Shown: in pieces, positions 37,031 through 49,520 of the stretch
Layout of the letters: every line of letters starts with the position of its first letter
How positions within the stretch are numbered: the stretch's first letter is position 1
Assembly: GCA_951406725.2 (NCBI GenBank)
Contig: OX597833.1
Span: 55,614,001 to 55,678,000 of the forward strand
Length of the DNA stretch: 64,000 nt
Source: Octopus vulgaris
Lineage: Eukaryota
Direction of reading: 5' to 3'
Position numbers and translations under genes: made by a program
Notes under the pieces: model-generated
Databases searched by the model: none
Seen by the model: only the letters and a program-made list of their open reading frames with translations
What the model was told of the DNA's origin: nothing

Positions 37031-38131
37031 AAAACATACACACACACACACTTTGTTATACTTTATGCATAATTTTATAGACTTATAATACTCAATACTC
37101 CTTTCCCTCTTTTTATTTTCACCTTTCCCCTTCCACTAGTCACGTGAAAGCGTTACAGACTTAGTTAAAAAAAAAAGAATTACACATTTCACTCACCACT
37201 GCCATTTTGAATTGTCAAAGGCTTAAGTTAATTATAGTACTAAAAAAAAAATCTATAGCGGTACATTTCCCCATTTTTTTTTTTTTTTTTTTATTGGCTT
37301 TACAGACAGTCACATTATTACGGCGTAAGTCGTTGCTGTGTTAACCAAAGAGAATTGATTCACATTTTTTCAACAGACGTCGTGTTACCAATTTCACTGG
37401 AATTATTGGGCTGCAAAGGTACCAATTTTAGTTGAAAGAATTTCATGTATTAATTTTTGGAACGTCTGACGTTCGCTAATTCTCCCTGCTTTTAGATGTC
37501 AGTCCCTGATGCGACACTGGGAATGGGGGAGAGAGACTAGATGGGACGACGTTGCCCTTGCTGCATGGCTCTGATCACTGACTGAAGCTCTCTTACCACA
37601 AGATGGAGTACTATTAAGAGAGTGATTGTCACAAATCATTCAATGCTCTTAGTAAGATGTAGGTACTTGTATTTTTGTTGATATACGTCCCAGGGTCATT
37701 TCTAACAGTTCTTTCAGAATTGTCCCTTATTTCTAAAGATTTTTTTTTTCTCTCGGATTTCAAATGCAAAGGACATGAAAAAATTTGTCTTAACGTTTGA
37801 CCAGGGTTTTGTATTTATTCGGAAGAAACAATAGGGTGTGGGGTTAAACTGATTTCCTTTATTTTCAATGAAAATTAATCATCTTAATTGAATTGTTTCG
37901 TAGTTTCTACTTTACACATTTTTCTTTCTCCAGTCGGTCTTGCATGCAGGACATTCGAATTCACAACGTGGTTTCAATTTTTAGTGTGGAAACAAAAATA
38001 AAAATTTCACAAATGGTTCTAATGCCCTTGGAAATTATGAACATTATCGTTCCAGAAAGTAATGCCCATTCAAAGTATCATTACAAGGTGTTTTGAGATT
38101 ATCAGAGCAAAATTTCTTGATGTCAGACGTA

Positions 38132-38478
38132 AAGCGCTTCGACGACGCCGTGGTGATCTCATTCTTGCCCACAACATCATAAGCGGAAAGTGTAACCTCT
38201 CGAAAGAGCTGTTCTTCACTCCTGCTCCAGAGCGTCGGCTGCGGGGTCATTCTGAAAAGCTCTATCTGCGACGATTTCATTTCAATCGAAGGAGAGGGGC
38301 TTTCTCCGTCCGGGTTGCGGAACCGTGGAATAAGCTGCTGGACGAGATAGTGAAGATGCCGACGACCGCTCGGTTCAAAGTCTCCCTTGACCACAAATGG
38401 CCTGAACTCTTTGCATGAACACCCTCCCTGTACATAACTCCATGTCCCCCTACAAGGCCTTACTTTTTGCTTTTTGAG
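38132..38478 (+). mobile_element. CR1-like LINE 3' end with (TAAC)n tail
   Basis: RRRRGDLI..LRGHSEKL..RRGAFSVRV..WNKL; ends TTAACTAACTAAC. Confidence 0.8.
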
Positions 38479-38779
38479 CCAAAAAATTAACTAACTAACA
38501 TTTGCAGATAAAACCGTGTGCTGCCGTGAGCGATCTGAAGAAATGAGTGATAGTTTGCATCGGTAAAAATGATTTTGGAGGGTCTACTTGTAGTACGAAG
38601 ACAGAAATTCAGACGGTTCGAACAAGGAATTCTTCCATCTCTGTATAATGTTGGTTCTTGGGGTTTATTAGATTGGTTACAGGTGGACTTGGATTCTGGG
38701 TTTTGTGTGGTAGGCATTTCTTACTTTATGCGAAGTGTTACCGATTTCCTGTGAAATTCAGGACGTAAAAATTCACGTC

Positions 38780-39086
38780 GCTGTATGGTAAGAAGTTCGC
38801 TTCTCGACCACTTGGTCCCGGGTTCAGTCCCACGACGTGACATCTTGGGAAAGTGTCTACTATAGTCTCGGGCCGACCAAAACCTCGTGAATGGATTTGG
38901 TAGACGGAAACTGAAAGAAGCCCGTAGTGTGTGTCACCACCGCTTGACGACTAGAGTCGATCTGTTTACGCATCCGTAACTTAGCGGTTCGGCTAAAGAG
39001 ACCGTTGGAATAAGTACTAGGCTTTAAAAATAAGTATAATGTGGTGCTCCAGAATGAGCGCAGTCTAATGACTGAATCAAGTAAAA
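38780..39086 (+). mobile_element. SINE family B
   Basis: GGTTCAGTCCCAC..GGATTTGGTAGACGGAAACTGAAAGAAGCCC. Confidence 0.7.
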
Positions 39087-39282
39087 TATAATGTAGAGAA
39101 GATATTACAATTATTGAAAAATTAAAATTAAATCTCTAATATTCCTCTGTAATTAAAATTTTAAGTTGCATTTTATCTGCAATTATGTTTTTAAAGCAAT
39201 AAAAATATTTAAAAGTTATAGCCATCTACATTGAAAAGTACTAAAAAGAAGCGTGAACGATTGCATGTAGAAAGGGGCGAGG

Positions 39283-39876
39283 TTACGAAACTTGGACAGC
39301 TAAAAAATTCGATATCAACCTCGGTATACACAACAGGATCAAAAGCATGATACTAATGATAAGGACGGCGATTGTAATCCAGTCATTCCGCAAACCGAAA
39401 ACGATGGAAGCCGACACCAGATTACAAAAGGTACAGAAGAGACACAAGACGAGTCGGCGATTTGGTAAAATTGCTCTGCGTCTGGAAAACGGGATAACGA
39501 TGCAGAAGATTATCAGCGAACAGACGCCTATAACCAGGTCTAAAGCGACACTCAGATACGAAAATATGTCATCTGGAACGTGGTGGAATACTTTCAGTAT
39601 ATGTACGATGCTGCAAGATAAACTCAACACAGACAACACCAGGTAATTAAGCAGATAGAACCAGTGAGTCCCGATAATGGTATTTCGCTGTGGGTTCGGA
39701 TCTTGATCGTTGTGTTGACCTCTTAACGCCGTCATTTCTATGTTTTCCTCATTGTTGATGAATGACAGACGACGTGGCCTCTCATTCGCTGTTGGTGATA
39801 AATTGTTCACGCTTGGATCACTGTTCAAATTCTCCATTGGGTTATTTTCTTCAGAATCGTTTCTCTCAAGAGACAT
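39283..39876 (-). CDS. Uncharacterised four-TM protein, paralog 7 (197 aa)
   Basis: RRLSF..NEENIEMTAL; HW-TM1..PFSRRRAILPNRRLVLCLFCT..DW..PRLISNF; upstream cassette at 40050-40157. Confidence 0.85.
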   Translation of the reverse strand: MSLERNDSEENNPMENLNSDPSVNNLSPTANERPRRLSFINNEENIEMTALRGQHNDQDPNPQRNTIIGTHWFYLLNYLVLSVLSLSCSIVHILKVFHHVPDDIFSYLSVALDLVIGVCSLIIFCIVIPFSRRRAILPNRRLVLCLFCTFCNLVSASIVFGLRNDWITIAVLIISIMLLILLCIPRLISNFLAVQVS

Positions 39877-40195
39877 ACTTCTTTTGTCAACTCTAGACCA
39901 ACTTACACGAAAAAAATGAAATTGCCTCAGTCCGAAATCTGTTCATACTGGCATCGTTTTGCATATATCCCCTCAAAAAAACAATGGAAATTACGCAAAT
40001 ACTCACATGACCTCTTCTTCCTTTTTTTCTTTTTCAAAAAAGTGATGTGAAATGAACTCCTCCGCCGTTTCACCTTTCGTATTATTAGTATTTTCTTTAG
40101 TCGTCCACAAATCCCTGCATGCAGGTCATTCTAATCTGCGACGCGGGTTCAATTCTTGGTGGAAACCATCAAACATCGCGAAGTATTTTAACACA

Positions 40196-40425
40196 CGGCG
40201 AGCTGGCAGAAACGTTAGCACGCCGGGCGAAATGCTTAGCGGTATTTCGTCTGCGTTACGTTGTGAGTTCAAATTCCGCCGAGGTCGACTTTGCCTTTCA
40301 TCCTTTCGGGGTCGATAAATTAAGTACCAGTTACGCACTGGGGTCGATGTAATTGACTTAATACCTATGTCTGTCCTTGTTTGTCCCTTCTGTGTTTAGC
40401 CCCTAGTGGGTAATAAAGAAATAGG
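40196..40425 (+). mobile_element. Full-length SINE family A
   Basis: Head, core and GTGGGTAATAAAGAAAT tail all present. Confidence 0.85.
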
Positions 40426-40643
40426 TAATGTATGAACACCACAATCTCCCTGTTTCTCTTTCTTAACTACTTTGTACCCAGTCATAAAGAATCAATATTA
40501 CAAATGTGTTGAGAGTCGTAGAGAAAAGATTACCGTATTTTAACGAGTATAAGGAACTCCTTATTCTTTTTCCTTTTTTTTTTTTATCAAAAATTAGGTT
40601 TAAAAAATATGGGGGTTTCTTATACATGAATAGTATTATAATC

Positions 40644-41087
40644 GGATCTTTTCAGTTTGAACAGCAGTTTTTTCTAGCGGTGTCATATGAAATTGTCACC
40701 CATAATTATGACCCTAGTATTGATCTATTGCATTTCAATCTATTTTAGGGTTAGGGTTAGAGTTAGGGTTAGGGTTAGAGTTAGGGTTAGTGGTGGGGGA
40801 AGGGTATCTTTTTTCTTCAGAAATGTAAATAAACCCAATCTGTTTCTTAAATGAGGGACATATTCATACGGCACAGAATGTTTTCACCTCAATAGACGTC
40901 ATTGATTGGTTGAAATTGCAGAAATTGAAGAAAAACAACAAATATCTTACAAACCATAGAATTTTCTCAATAAAGCCAAGAGAAAAAGATGTTTTATAAA
41001 CACATTCTACCAGTATACGAAGTTTAAAAGTGTTTTTAGTTACGTGGAAATTATTTTTTAAAACTTCCGTTCAAACCGAAAAGATCC
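40644..41087. mobile_element. GGATC-TIR MITE with expanded TTAGGG tract
   Basis: Both TIRs present; (TTAGGG/TTAGAG)n at 40745-40790. Confidence 0.85.
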
Positions 41088-41124
41088 GGAAATTCATTTT
41101 CACCATAAATCAATAAATATAATT

Positions 41125-41300
41125 GGTTCTGGGTTCAGTCTCACTGAGTGGCACCTTAGGCAAATGTCTTCTACTATAGCCTCAGGATGACCAAGGCCTT
41201 GTGAGTGGATTTGGTAGATGAAAACTGAAAAGAAAACTGCTCTGTGTGTGTGTGTGGAGGGGGGTGTATGTGTGTGTGTGTGAGTGCACACATGATTGCA

Positions 41301-41336
<36 letters not shown>

Positions 41337-41762
41337 AATGTGAGTGCATGCATGATTGCATGTGTGTGTGAGTGCATGCATGATTGCATGTGTGTGTGTG
41401 TGAGTGCATGCATGATTGCATCGATGTGTTTGTGTGTGGGTGCACACGTGATTGCATGTATGTGTATGTGTGAGTGCACACATGATTGCATGTATGAGAG
41501 TGTTTGTGTGTGTGTATGAGAGAGAGCGAGAGTGTGTATGTGTGTGTGTGTTTATGTTTGTGTCACCACCACCACTTGGCAACTCGCGTTGGTGTGTTTC
41601 TGTCCCTGTAACTTAGTAGTTCAGCAAAAGATACCAATAAAATAAGTACCCAGTTTAAAAACTAAACAAGTACGGGGACCAATTCATTCTACTAAAAACT
41701 CTTCAAGGTGGTACTCCAGCATGGCCACAGTCTGATGACTGAAACAAGTAAAAGATAAAAGA
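41125..41762 (+). mobile_element. SINE family B with TG-rich minisatellite
   Basis: Family B head and tail with GTGAGTGCA..CATGATTGCAT repeats between them. Confidence 0.7.
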
Positions 41763-41949
41763 TAAATGATTAATCAAACCAACTTGACCAGCTTGGGAGG
41801 CCCTACACAGGTCATGGGGATTAACCCTTCCTGCTGACTAACACCATAACAATAAAAAAAGAAAAAACCTTCAAACGAGGAATGAACATCATCACATCCC
41901 ATTTCCCTTCCTGATACAAAAAAATTCAATATATTTTGAAATAGTGAAA

Positions 41950-42428
41950 TTGAAATTGAAATCAAATTCAATGACTGGCATCCATGCTAGTGGAATGCTA
42001 GAGTACCATACGAGCATGATCGTTGCCAGAGCAACAAGCTGGCCTCTGTGCCAGTGACATGTAAAAAACACCATCCGAGTGTAATTGTCACCTGCGCCGC
42101 CTTACTGGCACTTGTGCTGGTGGCACGTGAAAAAACATTCGAGTGAGGTCGTTGACAGAGTCACTGGACTGGCTCCTGTGCAGGTGGCACATTAAAAGCA
42201 CCATTTGAGCATGGCCATTGCCAGTACCTCCTGACTGGCCCTCGTGCCGGTGGCACGTAAAAGCACCCACTACATTCTCAGAGTGGTTGGTGTTAGGAAG
42301 GGCATCCAGCTGTAGAAACTCTGCCAGATCAGATTGGAGTCTGGTGCAGCCATCTGGTTCGCCAGACCTCAGTCAAATCGTCCAACTCATGCTAGCATGG
42401 AAAGCAGACGTTAAACGATGATGATGAT
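41950..42428 (+). mobile_element. SINE/retro-fragment family D with (GAT)n tail
   Basis: GAGTGGTTGG.GTTAGGAAGGGCATCCAGCTGTAGAAAC..GACGTTAAACGATGATG. Other copies at 51715-52105 (-), 54185-54770 (+) and 59930-60355 (-). Confidence 0.7.
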
Positions 42429-43120
42429 AAACAAACACTGATTTGTAAGAAATCATGATTTTAAAAATATAAACACATTTGTATAATTTTATGGGTTAAA
42501 TTGTTTTTCACATATTTAATAATTTTTTTGTTATTTCCACCCCTTTTATTACACTCTCAATTGCTTTATAATTCCTTTTTATAATTCTAAAATTGGTTAA
42601 AAAATTGTAACACAATTATATATTATATCATAAAATTATAATCATTAAATTATATATATTAATTAATTTTAATTATAAAGTTGAAATTTCATGAAAACAT
42701 AATTTTTATTATTTTCCCACCCTTTTCAAGTATCAAAAAGTACCCCACAAAATTAAATCAATTAGTCAATTAATTCTTCTCACTCAATAAATTAATTCTT
42801 GTGAAGTGTCTTTCTTCCATTGGTCAATATTAATCAGTTGACCAAAAACATAACAGGAAGAAGTCTTTCTTCAAAAACAGTTGTCCAAACATACAAAACA
42901 CTAATGGCTATCACCTAGATGTCCTCTAATCACGATACAAGGAAGTTAACAGGTAAAGTGGTGCGGCATAAAGGCACAGGTGTGGTTGTGTGATAAGAAG
43001 TTTCGCTTCCCAACCACATGGTTCTGGGTTCAACCACAATACGTGGCACTTTCGACAAGTGTCTTCAGGCCAACCAAAGCCTTGTGAGTGGATTCAGAAG
43101 ATGGAAACTGGAAGAAATCC

Positions 43121-43228
<108 letters not shown>

Positions 43229-43261
43229 TAAATATGTGTATATATGTAAGTGGAGAGGCAT

Positions 43262-43352
<91 letters not shown>

Positions 43353-43357
43353 CATAC

Positions 43358-43424
<67 letters not shown>

Positions 43425-43431
43425 TATACAC

Positions 43432-43462
<31 letters not shown>

Positions 43463-43509
43463 GATAGATAGATAGATAGATAGATACATATATATAGATA
43501 CATATAAAT

Positions 43510-43544
<35 letters not shown>

Positions 43545-43906
43545 TGTGTGTGCATTTGTCTTTGATCCCCTGAATCCTAGGAAGCAAGACAGTAATGTCC
43601 ACAGGTTGATGATGATGATGATGGTGAATCTTGACCAACCACACTTATCATGAAAAGCACTCCAGCCATGACCATCATGCTTTTTTTTAAGGATTTCTAA
43701 GACTACATTTGCAATGTATTCCCTTCGTTCTTTAAGAAAGCAGTGTGCGATTTGAGGGTGTTTTGCCTGCTGTTTCTAGCAGGACAAGCGACCATGTAGA
43801 AACTTCCTTATTGACATTTTAGTATTATTCCAGTTTGTGAATGATTCTTATTATGTATATGAATGATGACTACATTGTAGGTATGTGTTTGTGTATGTGT
43901 ATACAT

Positions 43907-44072
43907 AGGCGCAGGAGTGGCTGTGTGGTAAGTAGCTTGCTAACCAACCACATGGTTCCGGGTTCAGTCCCTCTGCATGGCACCTTGGGCAAGTGTCTTC
44001 TACAATAGCCTCGGGCCGACCAAAGCCTTGTGAGTGGATTTGGTAGACGGAAACTGAAAGAAGCCTGTCGTA

Positions 44073-44103
<31 letters not shown>

Positions 44104-44326
44104 GCATGTGTGTGTTTGTGTGTCTGTGTTTGTCCCCCTAGCATTGCTTGACAACCGATGCTGGTGTGTTTATGTCCCCGTTACTTAGCGGTTTGGCAAA
44201 AGAGACCGATAGAATAAGTACTGGGCTTACAAAAGAATAAGTCCCGGGGTCAAGTTGCTCGATTAAAGGCGGTGCTCCAGCATGGCCGCAGTCAAATGAC
44301 TGAAACAAGTAAAAGAGTAAAAGAGT
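43907..44326 (+). mobile_element. Full-length SINE family B
   Basis: Head through the AAAGAGT tail; similar to 50321-50726 and 56143-56712. Confidence 0.85.
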
Positions 44327-44332
44327 ATGTGT

Positions 44333-44381
<49 letters not shown>

Positions 44382-44403
44382 CTATTACTTTCCTTTCACT
44401 GGT

Positions 44404-45073
44404 TCAAGCCTTTTCGCAGATAGCCTTGTGACCGTTCTTCCATGACAATTTTTGACACTTCGTCGAACAATACCAGGCCTTTTTGCATCGACTGCAAACG
44501 GCAAACTTTTTACCTTCCGGCGCTTTCTTTTGACAATTTGTGCAAACATCCGAGTCGGTCCCTTCGAACTCGCAGCGCCGACATTGACACCAGAAATGAA
44601 AAGACCGGTAGAGCCAAGCACGGCGTAACTTCTGTTGCATCGCCGTGTCTATGTAGGTGATGTGGATCTCCTCTCCCTTGCTAATGGGCCTCCGAGCCAT
44701 CACCCAGATCCCTGGCCGACCAAAAACCTCCCCGTCTAATATATCAGCGTTGTTATCACAAGAGTGGTTTGTGCATGCATGTAGTGGGAAGAGACTGGCC
44801 AGAGATGCATGCGGTGGTTTTTTCTCGAGCATCTTTATCATGGCTACGACAGTCAAGTCCATTTCGGCCTCTTGGAGATTGGCAAGGAATTTGTGGTAAG
44901 GCGTCGTGTATGAGCCGAACGCTTGCAGATTACATGTGGATTGGTTGTACCGACCGTCGAAATCTGCCTTGGTTATTTCGTACGGGATTTTGTAGGACCT
45001 GAAGACGTCTTTAATCAAATCGTAAAACAGCGGATTCTTCTGGACGGCTTTCGATGATCCGAAAGCCACAAAC
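44404..45073 (-). CDS. SMYD-like TPR-SET-MYND methyltransferase, coding exon 4 (last)
   Basis: Acceptor TTCCCTAG|G (phase 2); [13 protein letters not shown], post-SET CQCRRC, C-terminal MYND CTNC..CSRC..YCSTKC..HKAIC; TGA stop. Confidence 0.9.
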
Positions 45074-45319
45074 CTAGGGAACAAAAGGGAAATAAAATTT
45101 TAGGCAAAATGATAAGATTATGTGTGTGTGTGTGTGTGTGTGAGACAGAGAGAGTGGAAAGAGAGGGAGAGAGAAAGAAAGGGAGAGGTAGAGTAGAAAA
45201 TAGAGTAAAATTAGCATCATATATATATATATATATATGTATATGTATGTATAAATATATATGTATATGTATGTATAAATATATATGTATATGTATATAT
45301 ATATGTATATGTATATATG

Positions 45320-45353
<34 letters not shown>

Positions 45354-45359
45354 TGTATG

Positions 45360-45425
<66 letters not shown>

Positions 45426-46139
45426 TAAATTAGAGATAAAACCACTATTAGGCAAATCATACAATGAAAAACTTAAGCCAATACATAAGATTATTTAATT
45501 TATATTATTTAAATATATAACAAAATTATTTAAAAATATATAACAAAATTATTAATAATTTTGTTATATATTTAAACTAGCAGTATCGCCCGGCGTTGCT
45601 CGGGTTTGTAAGGGAAATAATTATATAAGCATTTTTAGAGATGTAAAGTATAATAGCCATCTCAATATGGCTAACCACAAAGGGGGAGGGGTGTTACTGT
45701 AGCTTTTTACGTTCTGAGATTTAATAATAAATTTTAGAGAGTTACTTCCCTTATATATGTCAAAAATAGATTAAAAATGGGAAAAATTGATGGTAAATTT
45801 TTTTATAAATCGTAGACTCATCGTAGACGCGCGCTAATACCCAGACGGTCTCGATATGAATCACGACTATAAGATACCCGGTTTTGGTTAAACTGCACCG
45901 CAAAATGTGGGAGTAGTTAGGAATCTAAATCGTAGGAGACAGACACACAACCTCACTTTTATCTATAAAGATTTCCTCTATTTACATAATATTGAGGTCT
46001 CTTTCTTTCTTTTGTTATCTTACTGTTTTTACCAATATACATATATATATATATATATATATAAATATATATATAGTTACAGAGATGTACTTGCATAGCA
46101 AGTGACTTGATCTGAGATCGTGTGCTGGAACGAAAACAG

Positions 46140-46398
46140 TTGCAGCGTTGAAGGTGTTTATAAGCCATTTAAGAAACACACAAAAACCGTTAGATTCACT
46201 TCAACATTTAAATTTAATTTGTCAAAATATTTTCGTCGCTTTGAGACCGCGACCTGTTAGCACGATATTTTTGTCAGTGAACAGGTGGCGGTCTCAAAGC
46301 GACGAAAATATTTTGGCAAATTAAATTTAAATGTTGAAGTGAATGTAACGGTTTTTGTGTGTTTCTTAAATGGCTTACAAACACCTTCCACGCTGCAA
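46140..46398. repeat. Long inverted repeat (~118-bp arms); second copy at 48323-48581
   Basis: TTGCAGCGTTGAAGGTG...CACCTTCCACGCTGCAA. Confidence 0.85.
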
Positions 46399-46759
46399 TA
46401 TATATATACACATATATATATATGTATGTATGTGTGTATATGTGTATGCATGTATGTGTGTGTGTGTGTGTGTGCGTGTCTGTGCTTGTGATTGTCCTCC
46501 ACCACTGCTTGACAACGAATGTTGGTTTGTTTACATCCCTGTCACCTAGTGGTTTGACAAAGGAAACAGATAGAATAAGTACAATGCTTACAAAAATAAA
46601 ACTGGAGTTGATTCATTAAACTACAATTCTTCAAGGCATTGCCCCAGCATGGCCACAGACCAATGGCTGGAAAAAGCAGAAGAATAAAAGAATACATTCT
46701 CTGCTTTGGTCATATGTTGAAGGCATGAGAAAGCTTGAGTTTACATGAGAAGGCCTAAC

Positions 46760-47245
46760 AGACCTGGTAGAAACAGCAGCCAAATCTCCCTCAAATCACA
46801 CCTTACTGTCTTATGTATGTATATATATATATGAGCCAATGAGGGGGACCTCTACATGGTAGCTAGACCTGGTAGAAATAGCAGCCAAATTTCCCCCAAA
46901 TCACACCTTACTGTCTCATCTATGTATATATGTATGTATGAGCCTATGAGGGAGACCCCTCATGGCAGCTAGACCTGGTAGAAATAGCAGCCAAATTTCC
47001 CCCAAATCACACCTTACTGTCTTATCTATGTATATATGTATGTATGAGCCTATGAGGGAGACCCCTACATGGCAGCTAGACCTGGTAGAAATAGCAGCCA
47101 AATTTCCCCCAAATCACACCTTACTGTCTTATCTATGTATATATATATGTATGTATGAGCCTATGAGGGAGACCCCTACATGGCAGCTAGACATGGTAGA
47201 AATAGCAGCCAAATCTCCCTCAAATCACACCTTACTGTCTTATCT
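46760..47245. repeat. ~107-bp tandem repeat; also at 48912-49392
   Basis: AGACCTGGTAGAAATAGCAGCCAAATTTCCCCCAAATCACACCTTACTG units. Confidence 0.85.
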
Positions 47246-49481
47246 TTCTGCTACTTGGATATAGGTATTATATTCGTCGTAAAAAAACTTTCCTGTCACA
47301 CACTCACGCACACGCACACACACACACACACACGCACCCTCACACACACACACACGCGCACACCCACACCCACCCACTCACACACACGCACGTTAGCTTA
47401 CAATTTTATTTATATATTTGCGTGTCTGTGTGGAAAGAAGAAGTGGGAGGCAGAGTGAAAGAATCACTCACTACAGTAAGTGAATTTACTTTCATTTTAT
47501 TCGTTGCCCACTGTGTGTGTGCGTTTGCGTGTGGTGTAAACCAGACTAAGAAAAGCATTTGACACACACACCAGAATGTGAGTTTTCTGTAAATTTTGCT
47601 TAACTGGAGTTTAAATTTTAAAAACTGGAGCTGGCATGACGCGATGCATTGTACTCTTAAAAATGCAAGGTAAATTGTAATTGAAGAAATCCTATATTGT
47701 AGATTTGTATAACTCCCAAAGGGAGGCAGATAAAATCTGCCTTTTATAATAAGAAGACTAGCAGTATCGCCCGGCGTTGCTCGGGTTTGTAAGGGAAATA
47801 ATTATATAAGCATTTTTAGAGATGTAAAGTATAATAGCCATCTCAATATGGCTAACCACAAAGGGGGAGGGGTGTTACTGTAGCTTTTTACGTTCTGAGA
47901 TTTAATAATAAATTTTAGAGAGTTACTTCCCTTATATATGTCAAAAATGGATTAAAAATGGGAAAAATTGATGGTAATTTTTTTTTTAAATCGTAGACTC
48001 ATCGTAGACGCGCGCTAATACCCAGACGGTCTCGATATGAATCACGACTATAAGATACCCGCTTTTGGTTAAACTGCACCGCAAAATGTGGGAGTAGTTA
48101 GGAATCTAAATCGTAGGAGACAGACACACAACCTCACTTTTATATATAAAGATTTCCTCTATTTACATAATATTGAGGTCTCTTTCTTTCTTTTGTTATC
48201 TTACTGTTTTTAACAATATACATATATACATATATATATATATATAAATGTATAAATAGTTACAGAGATGTACTTGCATAGCAAGTGACTTGATCTGAGA
48301 TCGTGTGCTGGAACGAAAACAGTTGCAGCGTTGAAGGTGTTTATAAGCCATTTAAGAAACACACAAAAACCGTTAGATTCACTTCAACATTTAAATTTAA
48401 TTTGTCAAAATATTTTCGTCGCTTTGAGACCGCGACCTGTTAGCACGATATTTTTGTCAGTGAACAGGTCGCGGTCTCAAAGCGACGAAAATATTTTGGC
48501 AAATGAAATTTAAATGTTGAAGTGAATGTAACGGTTTTTGTGTGTTTCTTAAATGGCTTACAAACACCTTCCACGCTGCAATATATATATACACACATAT
48601 ATATATATGTATGTATGCATGTATGTGTGTGTGTGTGCGTGTCTGTGCTTGTGATTGTCCTCCACCACTGCTTGACAACGAATGTTGGTTTGTTTACATC
48701 CCTGTCACCTAGTGGAAACAGATAGAATAAGTACAATGCTTACAAAAATAAAACTGGAGTTGATTCATTAAACTACAATTCTTCAAGGCATTGCCCCAGC
48801 ATGGCCACAGACCAATGGCTGGAAAAAGCAGAAGAATAAAAGAATACATTCTCTGCTTTGGTCTTATGTTCAAGGCATAAGAAAGCTTGAGTTTACATGA
48901 GAAGGCCTAACAGACCTGGTAGAAACAGCAGCCAAATCTCCCTCAAATCACACCTTACTGTTTTATGTATGTATATATATATGAGCCAATGAGGGGCACC
49001 TCTACATGGTAGCTAGACCTGGTAGAAATAGCAGCCAAATTTCCCCCAAATCACACCTTACTGTCTTATCTATGTATATATGTATGTATGAGCCTATGAG
49101 GGAGACCCCTACATGGCAGCTAGACCTGGTAGAAATAGCAGCCAAATTTCCCCCAAATCACACCTTACTGTCTTATCTATGTATATATGTATGTATGAGC
49201 CTATGAGGGAGACCCCTACATGGCAGCTAGACCTGGTAGAAATAGCAGCCAAATTTCCCCCAAATCACACCTTACTGTCTTATCTATGTATATATGTATG
49301 TATGAGCCTATGAGGGAGACCCCTACATGGCAGCTAGACATGGTAGAAATAGCAGCCAAATCTCCCTCAAATCACACCTTACTGTCTTATCTTTCTGCTA
49401 CTTATATTCGTCGTAAAAAACTTTCCTGTCACACACTCACGCACACGCACACACACACACACACACACGCGCGCACCCTCA

Positions 49482-49520
<39 letters not shown>

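Noticed and set aside
40745-40790. Telomere or chromosome-fusion site
   Set aside because: Short TTAGGG tract internal to a MITE, present in sister copies.
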